Below, one piece after another: positions 1-8,354 of a stretch of 64,000 nt of DNA. Origin of the DNA: an uncultured Candidatus Saccharibacteria bacterium. GTDB lineage: Bacteria; Patescibacteriota; SOKK01. Positions within the stretch are counted from its first letter, which is position 1. Each line of letters opens with the position of its first letter. The notes beneath the pieces are model-generated. The model worked only from the letters and a program-made list of their open reading frames with translations. It had not been told where the DNA came from and did not search any database. Made by a program: the position numbers and the translations under genes. Location: NCBI GenBank assembly GCA_964518965.1, contig CAZFJP010000010.1, forward strand, positions 30,787 through 94,786, read 5' to 3'.

Positions 1-1939
1 TTTTGTTGGCAAAATACCATTGGAGAATTTCTCTTGCAATTGGCACAGCGGTTTTATGACCTTCCCCACCACCCTCTACAAGAACAACAAGAGCAATCTC
101 CGGGTTTTCGTAGGGAGCAAAAGCAGTGAACCAAGCGTGTTCTCTTTGGTTATTTGCGTATTGAGCGGTGCCGGTTTTGCCGGCAATGTCAACGCCGATA
201 CTGCCGATGTTGCGTGCGGAGCCACTAAGAACTGTTTGATGCATACCTTCACGGACGATTTGCAAATTTTCCTTGCTAATAAAGTTTTGATTAAGTATTT
301 GTTTCTTGAAATCTTTTATCACTCGGTCGTGGTTATCGCGAATTTGATAAACTAGTTGTGGTTTATAGAGTGTTCCGCCATTGGCGATCGCTGCAGTTGC
401 GTTGATTAACTGAAGGGGAGTGACTAGCAAGTCACCTTGACCAATTGCCATGTGGTAAATGTCTCCAATATACCAAGGTTCGCTTTTTACTTCGCGCTTC
501 CAATTCTCATCGGGGACTATTCCTTCTGATTCGTTGGGAAGGTCAATGGTTGTTTTTTGTCCCAAACCGAACTCTTCAAAAAAGTGACGTAGTTTTTCTA
601 ATCCTAACCCTTTAAAGTTTTTAAAACCACCAGATACAGTGTAGAAAAAAACGTCGCAGGATTGAGCAATTGCTTTTTTGACATCTACGATTCCGTGACC
701 ACTGTGAAGCCAGCAGAGAAAACGGTAGACAATGTTTTTATTGTATTGGTTTTCCACATCAATTTTTCCCTTGCAGTTTACTGTTGTCCACTCATTAATG
801 ACGTTACCCTCTAGGGCGGCAGCGGCAGTTAGAGGTTTGATGGTAGATCCCGGGGGGTAAGTGCCATTTATCGCACGGTTAAAGAGGGGTTTTCTCGGAT
901 CGTTACTTAAGTCAGTATATTCTTTCTTACTAATTCCTTTAGCAAAGAGATTGTTGTCAAAGTTCGGCCAGGAAACCATGCCCATTACTTCGCCATTTTG
1001 AGGGTTGAGAGCAATTGCAACGCCACTCTGGGAACCGGCACGAGCGATTCCTGCCGCAAGTGCCTTAGTCATTTTCTCTTCAAAGTCGGTGCGAATAGTA
1101 AGAATCAAGTTATGACCAGCAACTGCTTCTACTTCGGAGATTACTTTGGCGATTTTACCTACAGAATCAACTTCTACCTGTCGTTTTCCGTGTTTTCCTT
1201 TAAGGATATTTTCATACGACTTTTCTAGCCCGGTTTTACCGATGTAATCGTTAGGAGTATATTCATCCTTATTTTGTTCGTACTCCTGTTCGTTGATTTT
1301 ACCGGTGTGGCCAATAAGATGACTGTATAAATCACTATTGAGATAGCGGCGAATGGGATTTTTCTCAACTCTGATGCCAGGGAGTTGAGCGAATTTCGTT
1401 TCGAGAATCAATGCTTCCTTGCGGCTGATATTTTCTTGCAGTAAAACTGGATCTTTATAGCCGTTTCCTTTTTTAGCTATGATTTGATTCATTTTTTTTA
1501 CCGGAACAGAAGTGCTGTGTCTTACTTTTTTAAAAATTTGGTTACGTTCAGTTTCGTTGCGAGGAAGATCAGCAGGAATCATGACTAAGTCAAAACTGGG
1601 TAAATTATCAATCAATGGTTTTTTATCCCGGTCATAGATAATTCCCCGTGCTGCGCGGGTAGTTTCAATGCGAATGCGGTTTTCATCTGCAAGCGAAAGA
1701 TTGTAATTACCATGGATAATTTGCAGCTGAAAGAGACGTAAAGCAATTCCTAAGATGACAACGGGAATTCCCAGAGCAAGGATAATTAGCCGACGAGAAG
1801 GAATTGGATCTTCAATTTTTCCCTGTACATTGTTGTTTTTAAGTATGTTGTCTAAATCAAAAACCAGAGCATCTTTTTTGCTGCTAACTTTATAGCTTCT
1901 ACTTTTGATTTGTCCTGGTTCTTTGAAGAGGTTTTTCAT
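1..1939 (-). CDS. mrdA: Penicillin-binding protein 2 (class B transpeptidase); gene runs off the left window edge (C-terminus missing)
   Basis: Minus-strand frame is open from position 1 to ATG at 1939 (MKNLFKEPGQIKSR...). STxK motif (PPGSTIKP) and KTG box (AGKTGTAQ) are present. It lies directly downstream of mreC-mreD. Not in the ORF track because it is truncated. Confidence 0.8.
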   Translation of the reverse strand, partial: MKNLFKEPGQIKSRSYKVSSKKDALVFDLDNILKNNNVQGKIEDPIPSRRLIILALGIPVVILGIALRLFQLQIIHGNYNLSLADENRIRIETTRAARGIIYDRDKKPLIDNLPSFDLVMIPADLPRNETERNQIFKKVRHSTSVPVKKMNQIIAKKGNGYKDPVLLQENISRKEALILETKFAQLPGIRVEKNPIRRYLNSDLYSHLIGHTGKINEQEYEQNKDEYTPNDYIGKTGLEKSYENILKGKHGKRQVEVDSVGKIAKVISEVEAVAGHNLILTIRTDFEEKMTKALAAGIARAGSQSGVAIALNPQNGEVMGMVSWPNFDNNLFAKGISKKEYTDLSNDPRKPLFNRAINGTYPPGSTIKPLTAAAALEGNVINEWTTVNCKGKIDVENQYNKNIVYRFLCWLHSGHGIVDVKKAIAQSCDVFFYTVSGGFKNFKGLGLEKLRHFFEEFGLGQKTTIDLPNESEGIVPDENWKREVKSEPWYIGDIYHMAIGQGDLLVTPLQLINATAAIANGGTLYKPQLVYQIRDNHDRVIKDFKKQILNQNFISKENLQIVREGMHQTVLSGSARNIGSIGVDIAGKTGTAQYANNQREHAWFTAFAPYENPEIALVVLVEGGGEGHKTAVPIAREILQWYFANK

Positions 1940-1940
1940 T

Positions 1941-2480
1941 TTATTTGGAGGTAGGAATTTTTACTGTTTGTTCGTGGCGTGAAACCCATTCATTGAACCA
2001 CTCTAGTGGTTTTAGAATAACGATAAAAGCTATAAGTTCGTAGAGTATTTCTCGGGGTGTCAATTTGAAGAGATAATCAATTGGAACAAGAATAGTTGAC
2101 TCAATGTGGATTAGGTTAAGGAATTGTTGGAGAAGGAAGTAGAAAGTATTAAAAAGAAGAAAGGCAGTAAGGGCAGTCAAAACTTTAAAAGGGAAATTGA
2201 TGTCACTGACAAAATTTTGTTTGACAAAGCTAATCAGGAAAGTGATTAAAACGAAGAGTAAAGTGTAAATACCAAAGGTGCCGGAGGAAAAAAGATCTAA
2301 AGTTATTCCAGCAGTAATTGCCCAGACGATACATTCTTCTGGCGGCCGTAAAAATGCCCAGATTACTAAAATAACCAAAGCAATATTGGGAATTAGATTG
2401 AAGGCGGTAAAATGGGGGAGTAAGGTTATTTGCAGTAATCCGGTGAAGATGATAAGGGGGATGCCTATTAAGTTTCGCAT
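1941..2480 (-). CDS. mreD: Rod shape-determining protein MreD-like polytopic membrane protein
   Basis: 179-aa very hydrophobic protein located between mreC and the PBP2 gene. Assignment is mainly by synteny. Confidence 0.55.
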   Translation of the reverse strand: MRNLIGIPLIIFTGLLQITLLPHFTAFNLIPNIALVILVIWAFLRPPEECIVWAITAGITLDLFSSGTFGIYTLLFVLITFLISFVKQNFVSDINFPFKVLTALTAFLLFNTFYFLLQQFLNLIHIESTILVPIDYLFKLTPREILYELIAFIVILKPLEWFNEWVSRHEQTVKIPTSK

Positions 2481-3289
2481 TAGTGCCCTAAGATTATAAA
2501 GACGCTTTCTAAATCTTTGAAATTAACTGTTGGTTTGATCATCGCAGTTTGGAAAATCTCGTTGTCGGCTTTATCAACGCTGTCTACAGTTCCAATAATG
2601 ATTCCTTTGGGAAGTAGTCCACCTAATCCTGAAGTAATGACTGTGTCTCCTTCTTTGACGACAATATTTTGGGGAATTAATTCCATCTTCATGCTGTAAC
2701 CGAGTTGTCCTTTGATTACTCCAGAGGCACGAGATTCCTGAATATAAGCGTTAACAATACTAGTTTGATCAGTGATTAGCAAAACTTTAGAAGTGTAGTA
2801 GTCAGTTTCTTTAATGATGCCAATTAAGGCGCCATTAAAGGTTACCGCTAATCCGGGTTTTACTCCTGTTTTCTCTCCTTGATCTAGAGTGAGGAATTGC
2901 AGGGCACTTTGAGGGTTGCGGTTGATAACATCTGCTTGGAGGAGACGGAAGTTGCTTTGTTGTTTGAATCCTAATTGTTGTTTGAGTAGATTGTTTTCTT
3001 TTTTTGTTTCTTTTAGTTTGGTATTTTCAGAGACCAGTTGGGCATTACGATTTTTTAGTTCCTGATTCTCCCGTGAAAGATTATTAATTGAGCTAAGGAT
3101 ATCAAAGAAGTTGCTGATTCCCTGACCAGCACGAAAGAGGGCAATTTGAAAAGGAGAAGTCATTTTTACGGTGATGTCTTTAACCGGTCCAAGTAAGCCA
3201 GTTTTATCTAAAAGTACCCCCGAGAAAATAACCAGGAGGGTGATAAAAAGGAGGAGAATTGTTTTTGGTTTGAGGTTAACTTGAGCCAT
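2480..3289 (-). CDS. mreC: Rod shape-determining protein MreC
   Basis: N-terminal TM, a coiled-coil (ENQELKNRNAQLVSENTKLKETKKEN) and a beta-rich C-terminal domain typical of MreC. The track ORF extends to 3403 from a TTG, but that extension overlaps the upstream gene's 3' end and terminator, so ATG at 3289 (MAQVNLKPK) is preferred. Confidence 0.8.
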   Translation of the reverse strand: MAQVNLKPKTILLLFITLLVIFSGVLLDKTGLLGPVKDITVKMTSPFQIALFRAGQGISNFFDILSSINNLSRENQELKNRNAQLVSENTKLKETKKENNLLKQQLGFKQQSNFRLLQADVINRNPQSALQFLTLDQGEKTGVKPGLAVTFNGALIGIIKETDYYTSKVLLITDQTSIVNAYIQESRASGVIKGQLGYSMKMELIPQNIVVKEGDTVITSGLGGLLPKGIIIGTVDSVDKADNEIFQTAMIKPTVNFKDLESVFIILGH

Positions 3290-3335
3290 ATTTCTTGATT
3301 GTAATAGTATTTTAGCATAAAACAGCGTTAAAAAA

Positions 3336-3366
3336 AACGGGCTTTTGGACCCGTCGCTTTTTAGTT
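3336..3366. terminator. Bidirectional Rho-independent terminator (hairpin acggg/cccgt with A-tract on one side and T-tract on the other)
   Basis: aaaaaaaacgggcttttggacccgtcgcttttt lies immediately after the stop of the 3375-4121 minus-strand gene. Confidence 0.5.
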
Positions 3367-3374
3367 TAATTATC

Positions 3375-4121
3375 TTACTGAACTGAAGCGGTTTGGCGTT
3401 CAAAGAAAATTTCGCTTAAAGTTTTCAGAAAAACAGTACGTTGACCTTTTATTTGCTTAATTAATTTTTTAATGATGGTAGTGCTTTTGTTGAGGGAAAA
3501 AATCATAGGTGTTGCAGGAGAGTTCCATTGAGGTAATGAATAGTTAGTCTGAGTTTGAGTGGGAAGAATGTTTCTGGATGTTGATGGTTCGGTAATTACT
3601 CTCGTTGGAACACCAAGAAATTGAACAGTTAGAGCGGTAGTTTGTCCCTGGAAATTTCCCGTTTTGGTTGCAATGCCAATTTCCTGAAAGCGCGAATTTA
3701 AAATGTTAGCACGGTGGGTGGGGCTTGCCATCCACGCGTTGAACAAAACTTGATTGGTGATAAAGCCATTTGCCAAGTTTTCTCCAGCGCTTACATAGGA
3801 ATAGCCAACTGTTTTCATAAAGTACCAACCGGTTAGTCCTTGCGGGCTTATGTGGGCAAAGTATTGTTTTGCAAACATGTCATCTACTTTGCGGGAAGCG
3901 GCTTGAACTAAGAAGGGATTTACTCTTAAGGTATTAAGCCCGTGTTGAGTGCGAACTTGGTTGGTAAGGGAAGTTAAAACTGAGGCGTTAATTTGCGGGG
4001 GAATGGCGTAAGAGGCTTTAGCGCTATCGGCGAAGCGGGGGGTAAAAATAGTTACTAGAAGCAAAGTACTGATGATCAAAACACCCCATTTTTTTAATTT
4101 GGTTTGGTTTTGGTTTTTCAT
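3375..4121 (-). CDS. Secreted CAP/SCP/PR-1-like (YkwD-type) domain protein
   Basis: N-terminal signal/TM segment. C-terminal GENLANGFITNQVLFNAWMASPTHRANIL matches the CAP-domain core. Confidence 0.65.
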   Translation of the reverse strand: MKNQNQTKLKKWGVLIISTLLLVTIFTPRFADSAKASYAIPPQINASVLTSLTNQVRTQHGLNTLRVNPFLVQAASRKVDDMFAKQYFAHISPQGLTGWYFMKTVGYSYVSAGENLANGFITNQVLFNAWMASPTHRANILNSRFQEIGIATKTGNFQGQTTALTVQFLGVPTRVITEPSTSRNILPTQTQTNYSLPQWNSPATPMIFSLNKSTTIIKKLIKQIKGQRTVFLKTLSEIFFERQTASVQ

Positions 4122-4394
4122 TTTTATTCTTGTATGTAGCCTGTTTTATACGAGCCTGCTTGACGAACTTTGAGTGGAGTGGAGAAGTGAGTGTAGGGTA
4201 AGTAGTCAGATTACTTAATTATAACATAAAATCCGACTTCTGTAAATCCTGTGCCGTTCGGTACGGGGACAGGGAGTATAAACAGAAAGACAAAGAATCT
4301 TGCTAAATGGCAAGGGCGTTACTTTGAGAAATTTTGGTTAATGAAAAGCCGCCCTACGAAGAGGATTCGTATTAGTGGGCGGCTTATCGGGGGT

Positions 4395-5345
4395 TTATTT
4401 CCGCCGTTTTAACATCTCCTCTTGGGAGATGTATCTCCAGCCCCCCTTTTCGGGAGATCTGGAGGTGATGCGGGTTTTTTTCGGCGGAGCCGGTTCTTCC
4501 TCCACCGTGGTGGGAGTGGGGAGATAGACGTAGACGGGAGCGGGCGGTGACTGCTTCAGGAAGACAAAGTACTTGCCCTCCTTTGTCAGCCCCACTCCCG
4601 CGAGTTTGTCTCCTTTTCTGGGCTCGGCTACGGCGTAGAACCTGTCGAAGTTGGGAACCGTATAGACTTTATCTTCGGTCTCGATCCGACAAGTGTGGCC
4701 TTCGTAGGTCACCCTTGCGATCGTTCCCGTCAGGGCGACGGGAGAAGCGGCCGTTGCTGTTTCATCCGGCGCGAATGGCCCGGTCTCGTAGTAATAATTG
4801 ACTCCAAGCCAAGCACAAACGCCGGTCACGGCGAGGGCAATTACCGCGACTGCCCAGCCAGCGAGAGCCCACCGGAAGTTTCGTTTCCTTTTCCGGTTGG
4901 CTTCCCCGAGCTTTGCGCCGAGTTCTTTGGATTCGGCTTGCGCCTCATCCATTTTTTTCTCGGCAAAAGTAGCGGTCCCCTCGGCGGCTGCCTTTTGGGT
5001 GAGGAGGTCTTCCAACCGCTCGTTAAGAGCAGCGTTTTCCTCCCGAAGCTTGGCAAGAGTTTCCTTGTCAAGTTCTACTTCCTTGGAAACCCTTACCAAG
5101 TTGTTATTAGCGACTTCAAGGTCTTGCTCTAGCGCGGCGACTTTCTTGCCGGAGGTCTCGATCTCGGCGCGAGCCTCTCTGAGATGCACCGAGATGTCGT
5201 CGCGCTCGGCCTCGATGCGGCCGATTTTTTCGGTCGCGGCGACAAGTGCCGCTTTTTTTTCCTCCAGCTCTTGTTGGAGGCGGCGCAGTTCTTCTGCTGC
5301 CTTCTCAAGCTGCTGGAGGAGCAGCTCTTCCTTGTTATTTTCCAT
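4395..5345 (-). CDS. Hypothetical coiled-coil / single-TM protein encoded in a GC-rich island with foreign codon usage
   Basis: GC is about 60% against about 36% in the flanks, with GCC/GAG/CTC/CGC-rich codons. N-terminal 150 aa are predicted coiled coil, then a TM helix (WALAGWAVAVIALAVTGVCAWLGV), then a 140-aa C-terminal domain. ATG at 5345 is preceded by GGAGGT; the track's TTG start 12 nt upstream is less likely. Confidence 0.55.
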   Translation of the reverse strand: MENNKEELLLQQLEKAAEELRRLQQELEEKKAALVAATEKIGRIEAERDDISVHLREARAEIETSGKKVAALEQDLEVANNNLVRVSKEVELDKETLAKLREENAALNERLEDLLTQKAAAEGTATFAEKKMDEAQAESKELGAKLGEANRKRKRNFRWALAGWAVAVIALAVTGVCAWLGVNYYYETGPFAPDETATAASPVALTGTIARVTYEGHTCRIETEDKVYTVPNFDRFYAVAEPRKGDKLAGVGLTKEGKYFVFLKQSPPAPVYVYLPTPTTVEEEPAPPKKTRITSRSPEKGGWRYISQEEMLKRRK

Positions 5346-5447
5346 CTTGACCTCCAAAAATGAAAAATGAAAAAACTGTTAAAGTTCAGATTTCCTCTCT
5401 AATCTTTGGGTCTTTTTTATAAGATTTTCTTATCTAAAACGCCTTAT

Positions 5448-5476
5448 CATACACTAAAAAATACTTGGAGTCAAGT
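5448..5476 (-). promoter_or_regulatory. Sigma-70-type promoter (TTGACT-17 nt-TATGAT) reading toward the GC-rich gene
   Basis: On the minus strand: ttgactccaagtattttttagtgtatgat. It sits in AT-rich, host-like sequence. Confidence 0.4.
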
Positions 5477-5483
5477 GTCGTAT

Positions 5484-5512
5484 CTAAAAAATCCCTTTTG
5501 GAAGGGATTAAT
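5484..5512 (-). terminator. Rho-independent terminator downstream of tRNA-Met (stem atccctt/aagggat plus T-tract on the minus strand)
   Basis: Plus-strand sequence is ctaaaaaatcccttttggaagggatt. Confidence 0.45.
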
Positions 5513-5520
5513 ATAACAGC

Positions 5521-5640
5521 TAAAGGCAGAAGTCAAAAGGCAAAAAGCAAAAGTAGAGGTAAAAAGGTAAAAGCTTAGGCAGTTTCTTTTTACCTTTACT
5601 TTCGCTTTTATCTTTTGCTTTTTGATTTTTGCCTTTCGTC
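5521..5640. repeat. Copy A of an A-tract/T-tract palindromic repeat family (direct core CAAAAG[G/A]CAAAAAGCAAAAGTA plus its inverted partner), 3' of tRNA-Met
   Basis: Left arm 5522-5574 is A-rich and right arm 5585-5637 is its approximate reverse complement, giving a long imperfect hairpin. The 22-nt core at 5535-5556 recurs at 5754-5775 and 19332-19353. Confidence 0.5.
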
Positions 5641-5657
5641 CCGCGTAGCGGGACGAG

Positions 5658-5733
5658 TGGTGGGCTCGGTAGGAATTGAACCTACGACCAATCCCTTATG
5701 AGGGGACTGCTCTAACCGCTGAGCTACGAGCCC
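5658..5733 (-). tRNA. tRNA-Met (anticodon CAU), CCA encoded
   Basis: Cloverleaf drawn by hand: GGGCTCGTAGCTCAGCGGTTAGAGCAGTCCCCTCATAAGGGATTGGTCGTAGGTTCAATTCCTACCGAGCCCACCA. G1-C72 suggests an elongator (or lysidine tRNA-Ile) rather than the initiator. Confidence 0.85.
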
Positions 5734-5740
5734 AATAATA

Positions 5741-5870
5741 AAAGGCAAAAGTCAAAAGACAAAAAGCAAAAGTAAAGGTAAAAGTTAAAAATGGACAGGG
5801 TGGAAGTATCTATTTTTAGCTTTTTAATTTAATTTACTTTTGCCTTTTATCCTTTACCCTTTACCTTTTT
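5741..5870. repeat. Copy B of the palindromic repeat family, 5' of tRNA-Met
   Basis: Arm 5741-5787 is about 90% identical to arm 5522-5570 of copy A. Inverted partner cttttgccttttatcctttaccctttacc lies at 5838-5868. Confidence 0.45.
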
Positions 5871-6566
5871 TTATTTCGCAGTTGCTAAATTGTAATCTCC
5901 GTTATAGTGTTTTACAATTCCAGCATGATTCAATGGCCATGCACGCAGCCAAACTTTTCCGATAATATTGCAGCGGGCTAGCTCACCCCATTCACGAGAA
6001 TCAGACGATGCGTTCGGTTGACGGTTATCGCCAATGACAAAATAGTCATCAGCGTCTAATTCTTCTATTACTTCTCCTAGTGTTTCCCAATCGGCGGGGA
6101 TATATGGTTCTTTTAATTGTACACCTTTGGGATTTTCTTTATTGTAGATAATTATACGACCGTCGGAAACTTCTACTTTTTCACCTGGTAATCCGATAAT
6201 TCTTTTAATATAATTTTTGGAAGGATCTTTGGGGTAATTAAAAACGATTACGTCACCACGTTTAGGGGAGGTAAAACGATAACTGATTTCGTCAACAATT
6301 AAATATTCGCCATCTTTAAAGTTTGGTTCCATACTTTGACCCATTACGTAAAACGGCTGGATTAAGAAATAACGAATTAGGAAAACAATTACCAAAACAC
6401 TGATAACCGTTTCGGCAACTTCCATTACAAAATTGCCAACTGATTTTAAGAAATCGCCAAAGCCACCTTCTTCTTTTTTATCTAAATTAACAGTTTTCTT
6501 TTCTTCATAGAAAAAGCTTGGTTTTTTCTTTTCCTTATTTTTTTCAGATAACTTATTGTTTTTCAT
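5871..6566 (-). CDS. lepB: Signal peptidase I
   Basis: N-terminal TM, Ser box GQSMEP, Lys box KRIIGLPGE, and GDNR...SSDSR box. Confidence 0.85.
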   Translation of the reverse strand: MKNNKLSEKNKEKKKPSFFYEEKKTVNLDKKEEGGFGDFLKSVGNFVMEVAETVISVLVIVFLIRYFLIQPFYVMGQSMEPNFKDGEYLIVDEISYRFTSPKRGDVIVFNYPKDPSKNYIKRIIGLPGEKVEVSDGRIIIYNKENPKGVQLKEPYIPADWETLGEVIEELDADDYFVIGDNRQPNASSDSREWGELARCNIIGKVWLRAWPLNHAGIVKHYNGDYNLATAK

Positions 6567-6593
6567 TAACCATTATCATTAGCTATTTAGTTC

Positions 6594-6670
6594 TGGTGGT
6601 CGCACCTGGATTTGAACCAGGGAGCTCTGCAATGTGAATGCAGCGTTCTAACCAACTGAACTATGCGACC
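6594..6670 (-). tRNA. tRNA-Val (anticodon CAC), CCA encoded
   Basis: GGTCGCATAGTTCAGTTGGTTAGAACGCTGCATTCACATTGCAGAGCTCCCTGGTTCAAATCCAGGTGCGACCACCA folds as a standard cloverleaf. Confidence 0.85.
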
Positions 6671-6694
6671 TTAATAAATTGCAACGCTCCCTTG

Positions 6695-6800
6695 CTTACC
6701 GGCAGGCAGGTAACCTCCGCCAAAGACGGACCTTCGTCAGAGGGCAAATGTGCTTCAGGAGCACGCCTCTGGCGGGAACTGAGCTATGAATCTCCCCAAG
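6695..6800. ncRNA. Candidate structured RNA of unknown identity (GC-rich multi-stem segment in an AT-rich spacer)
   Basis: Nested stems ttacc/ggtaa, ccgcc/ggcgg, cagagg/cctctg and gtgct/agcac. Strand and identity are undetermined; no tRNA, SRP-RNA or tmRNA motif was recognised. Confidence 0.2.
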
Positions 6801-6882
6801 ACAAAACCCACATTTCTATTGCTATTCTACAACATTTTTCATAAAAAAGCAAATTAATTTTAGATTGCTTGATAATTGAAAC

Positions 6883-6912
6883 TTGCTACTTGATATTTAT
6901 TTTTGCTATAAT
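6883..6912 (+). promoter_or_regulatory. Putative promoter TTGCTA-18 nt-TGcTATAAT upstream of the LCP gene
   Basis: ttgctacttgatatttatttttgctataat. The extended -10 TGnTATAAT recurs before many genes in this window. Confidence 0.3.
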
Positions 6913-6943
6913 ACAGCCACATTGATCAATATATTAAGAGAAG

Positions 6944-8338
6944 ATGGTAAATAGACATCTTGATTTTAATCATAAGTTTGAGGGAAGTTCCGCAACAGCA
7001 ATGATAGCAAAAAAGCCGTGGCCTTGGCGTCTTGGTAAAAAGAAACTAGTTCTTTTAGTAGCCACCCTTTTTTTGGTAGTCGGAGTTGGATTTTTAGTGG
7101 GAAAAGCAGTAATTACTGCGCGACGGGTAATTACCGAAAATACTTCCGGGTCTCCTTTCTTACGGGGGATATTGGGTGATGTTGATTTTCGTCAGCTGAA
7201 AGGGGAAGGTGATGGTAGAATTAATATTTTGCTTTTAGGAATGGGAGGTGATAATCATCCCGCTGGTAATTTAAGCGACACGATTATTGTTTTAAGCATT
7301 GATCCGAAAAATAAAAATGCGGCAATGCTTTCCATTCCTCGTGATCTTTATGTGAATACCGGTTATGGTTACGGCAAAGTGAACACCGTTTATGCCTATG
7401 GCGAGATGAATAAATATTCCAGCGGCGGCGGAGCATTAGCAAAAAAACAAATTGGAGAGATTTTAGATTTACCGATTCATTATTATGCTCGGCTTGATTT
7501 TGAAGGCTTCCGCAAAATGGTGGATGAGGTGGGGGGAGTGACAATTAACGTCGAAAAAAGTATTGCGGATTACACTTACCCGGATGAAAATATGCAAGGG
7601 TATGAACCGTTTTTCATTAGCAAAGGTGTTCATCACATGAATGGTATTCTGGCTTTAAAATATGCTCGCTCTCGTCATACGACTAGTGATTTCGATCGTG
7701 CCAGACGTCAGCAGCAAGTTTTATCCGCCGTGCGTGAGAAGGCCCTAAAAATTGGTTTTATTTCCAATCCCAAAAAGATTTCAGACGTCTTAGACATTTT
7801 AGGAGATCATCTGCGCACCGATATTCAGCTTTGGGAAATGGAGCGTTTATATGAAATTGTTAAAGAGTTGAATACTGATACCATTGTTAATAAAGTAATT
7901 GATAACAGTAAGACCGGTTTACTTGTTGCGAAGCATGATTCTAAAGCGGGCTATATTTTAGTACCGCGCACTGGTGATTTTAGCGAGATTCGTAATTTTG
8001 CACATTCTATTTTTACCGATAGTTATATCAAAGGAGAAAAAGCGCGTTTGGTTGTGATGAATGGTACAACACGTTATGGTTTGGCTCACACTGTTTCCAA
8101 TATGTTAAAATCTTATGGTTATAATGTAGTAAAAACAAAAAACGCGAAAAGTAGAAATTATACGAATTGTGTGATTTATGATTATACTAATGGAGCAAAA
8201 CCCTATACCGTTCAGTATTTACGCAATCGTTTCAGTGCAGAGGTGAAAACTTTTAGTCAGTTGCCCTCCGACCAATCAGAAATTGTTTTGGTATTGGGTA
8301 GTTATTATCAAGTGACCAATAATTATTATCAGTATTAA
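6944..8338 (+). CDS. LytR-CpsA-Psr (LCP) family cell-envelope phosphotransferase with C-terminal LytR_C-like domain
   Basis: N-terminal TM. NILLLGMGGD...DTIIVLSIDPKNKNAAMLSIPRDLYV...ARLDFEGFRKMVDEVGGVTINV...ALKYARSRHTTSDFDRARRQQQVL matches the LCP core. Confidence 0.85.
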   Translation: MVNRHLDFNHKFEGSSATAMIAKKPWPWRLGKKKLVLLVATLFLVVGVGFLVGKAVITARRVITENTSGSPFLRGILGDVDFRQLKGEGDGRINILLLGMGGDNHPAGNLSDTIIVLSIDPKNKNAAMLSIPRDLYVNTGYGYGKVNTVYAYGEMNKYSSGGGALAKKQIGEILDLPIHYYARLDFEGFRKMVDEVGGVTINVEKSIADYTYPDENMQGYEPFFISKGVHHMNGILALKYARSRHTTSDFDRARRQQQVLSAVREKALKIGFISNPKKISDVLDILGDHLRTDIQLWEMERLYEIVKELNTDTIVNKVIDNSKTGLLVAKHDSKAGYILVPRTGDFSEIRNFAHSIFTDSYIKGEKARLVVMNGTTRYGLAHTVSNMLKSYGYNVVKTKNAKSRNYTNCVIYDYTNGAKPYTVQYLRNRFSAEVKTFSQLPSDQSEIVLVLGSYYQVTNNYYQY

Positions 8339-8354
8339 AAATTAAAGACAAACT

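Noticed and set aside
20-1228. Plus-strand ORFs 20-355 and 998-1228
   Set aside because: They lie inside the antisense of the truncated PBP2 (mrdA) gene, which shows conserved STxK/KTG motifs.
3290-3403. N-terminal extension of mreC to 3403 as given by the ORF track
   Set aside because: It would start at TTG, overlap the upstream gene's stop and terminator, and add a non-hydrophobic leader before the typical MreC N-terminal TM. ATG at 3289 is preferred.
4547-5370. Plus-strand ORFs 4547-4801, 4695-5132 and 4798-5370 overlapping the GC-rich gene
   Set aside because: Their translations are low-complexity Ser/Ala/Arg strings, typical of the antisense of a GC-rich coiled-coil gene. The minus-strand frame has the RBS, promoter and a coherent protein.
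5658-5733. tRNA-Met as initiator tRNA
   Set aside because: It has three G-C pairs in the anticodon stem but a G1-C72 pair and no C1xA72 mismatch. It is more consistent with an elongator tRNA-Met, or a lysidine-modified tRNA-Ile(CAU), which cannot be distinguished from sequence alone.
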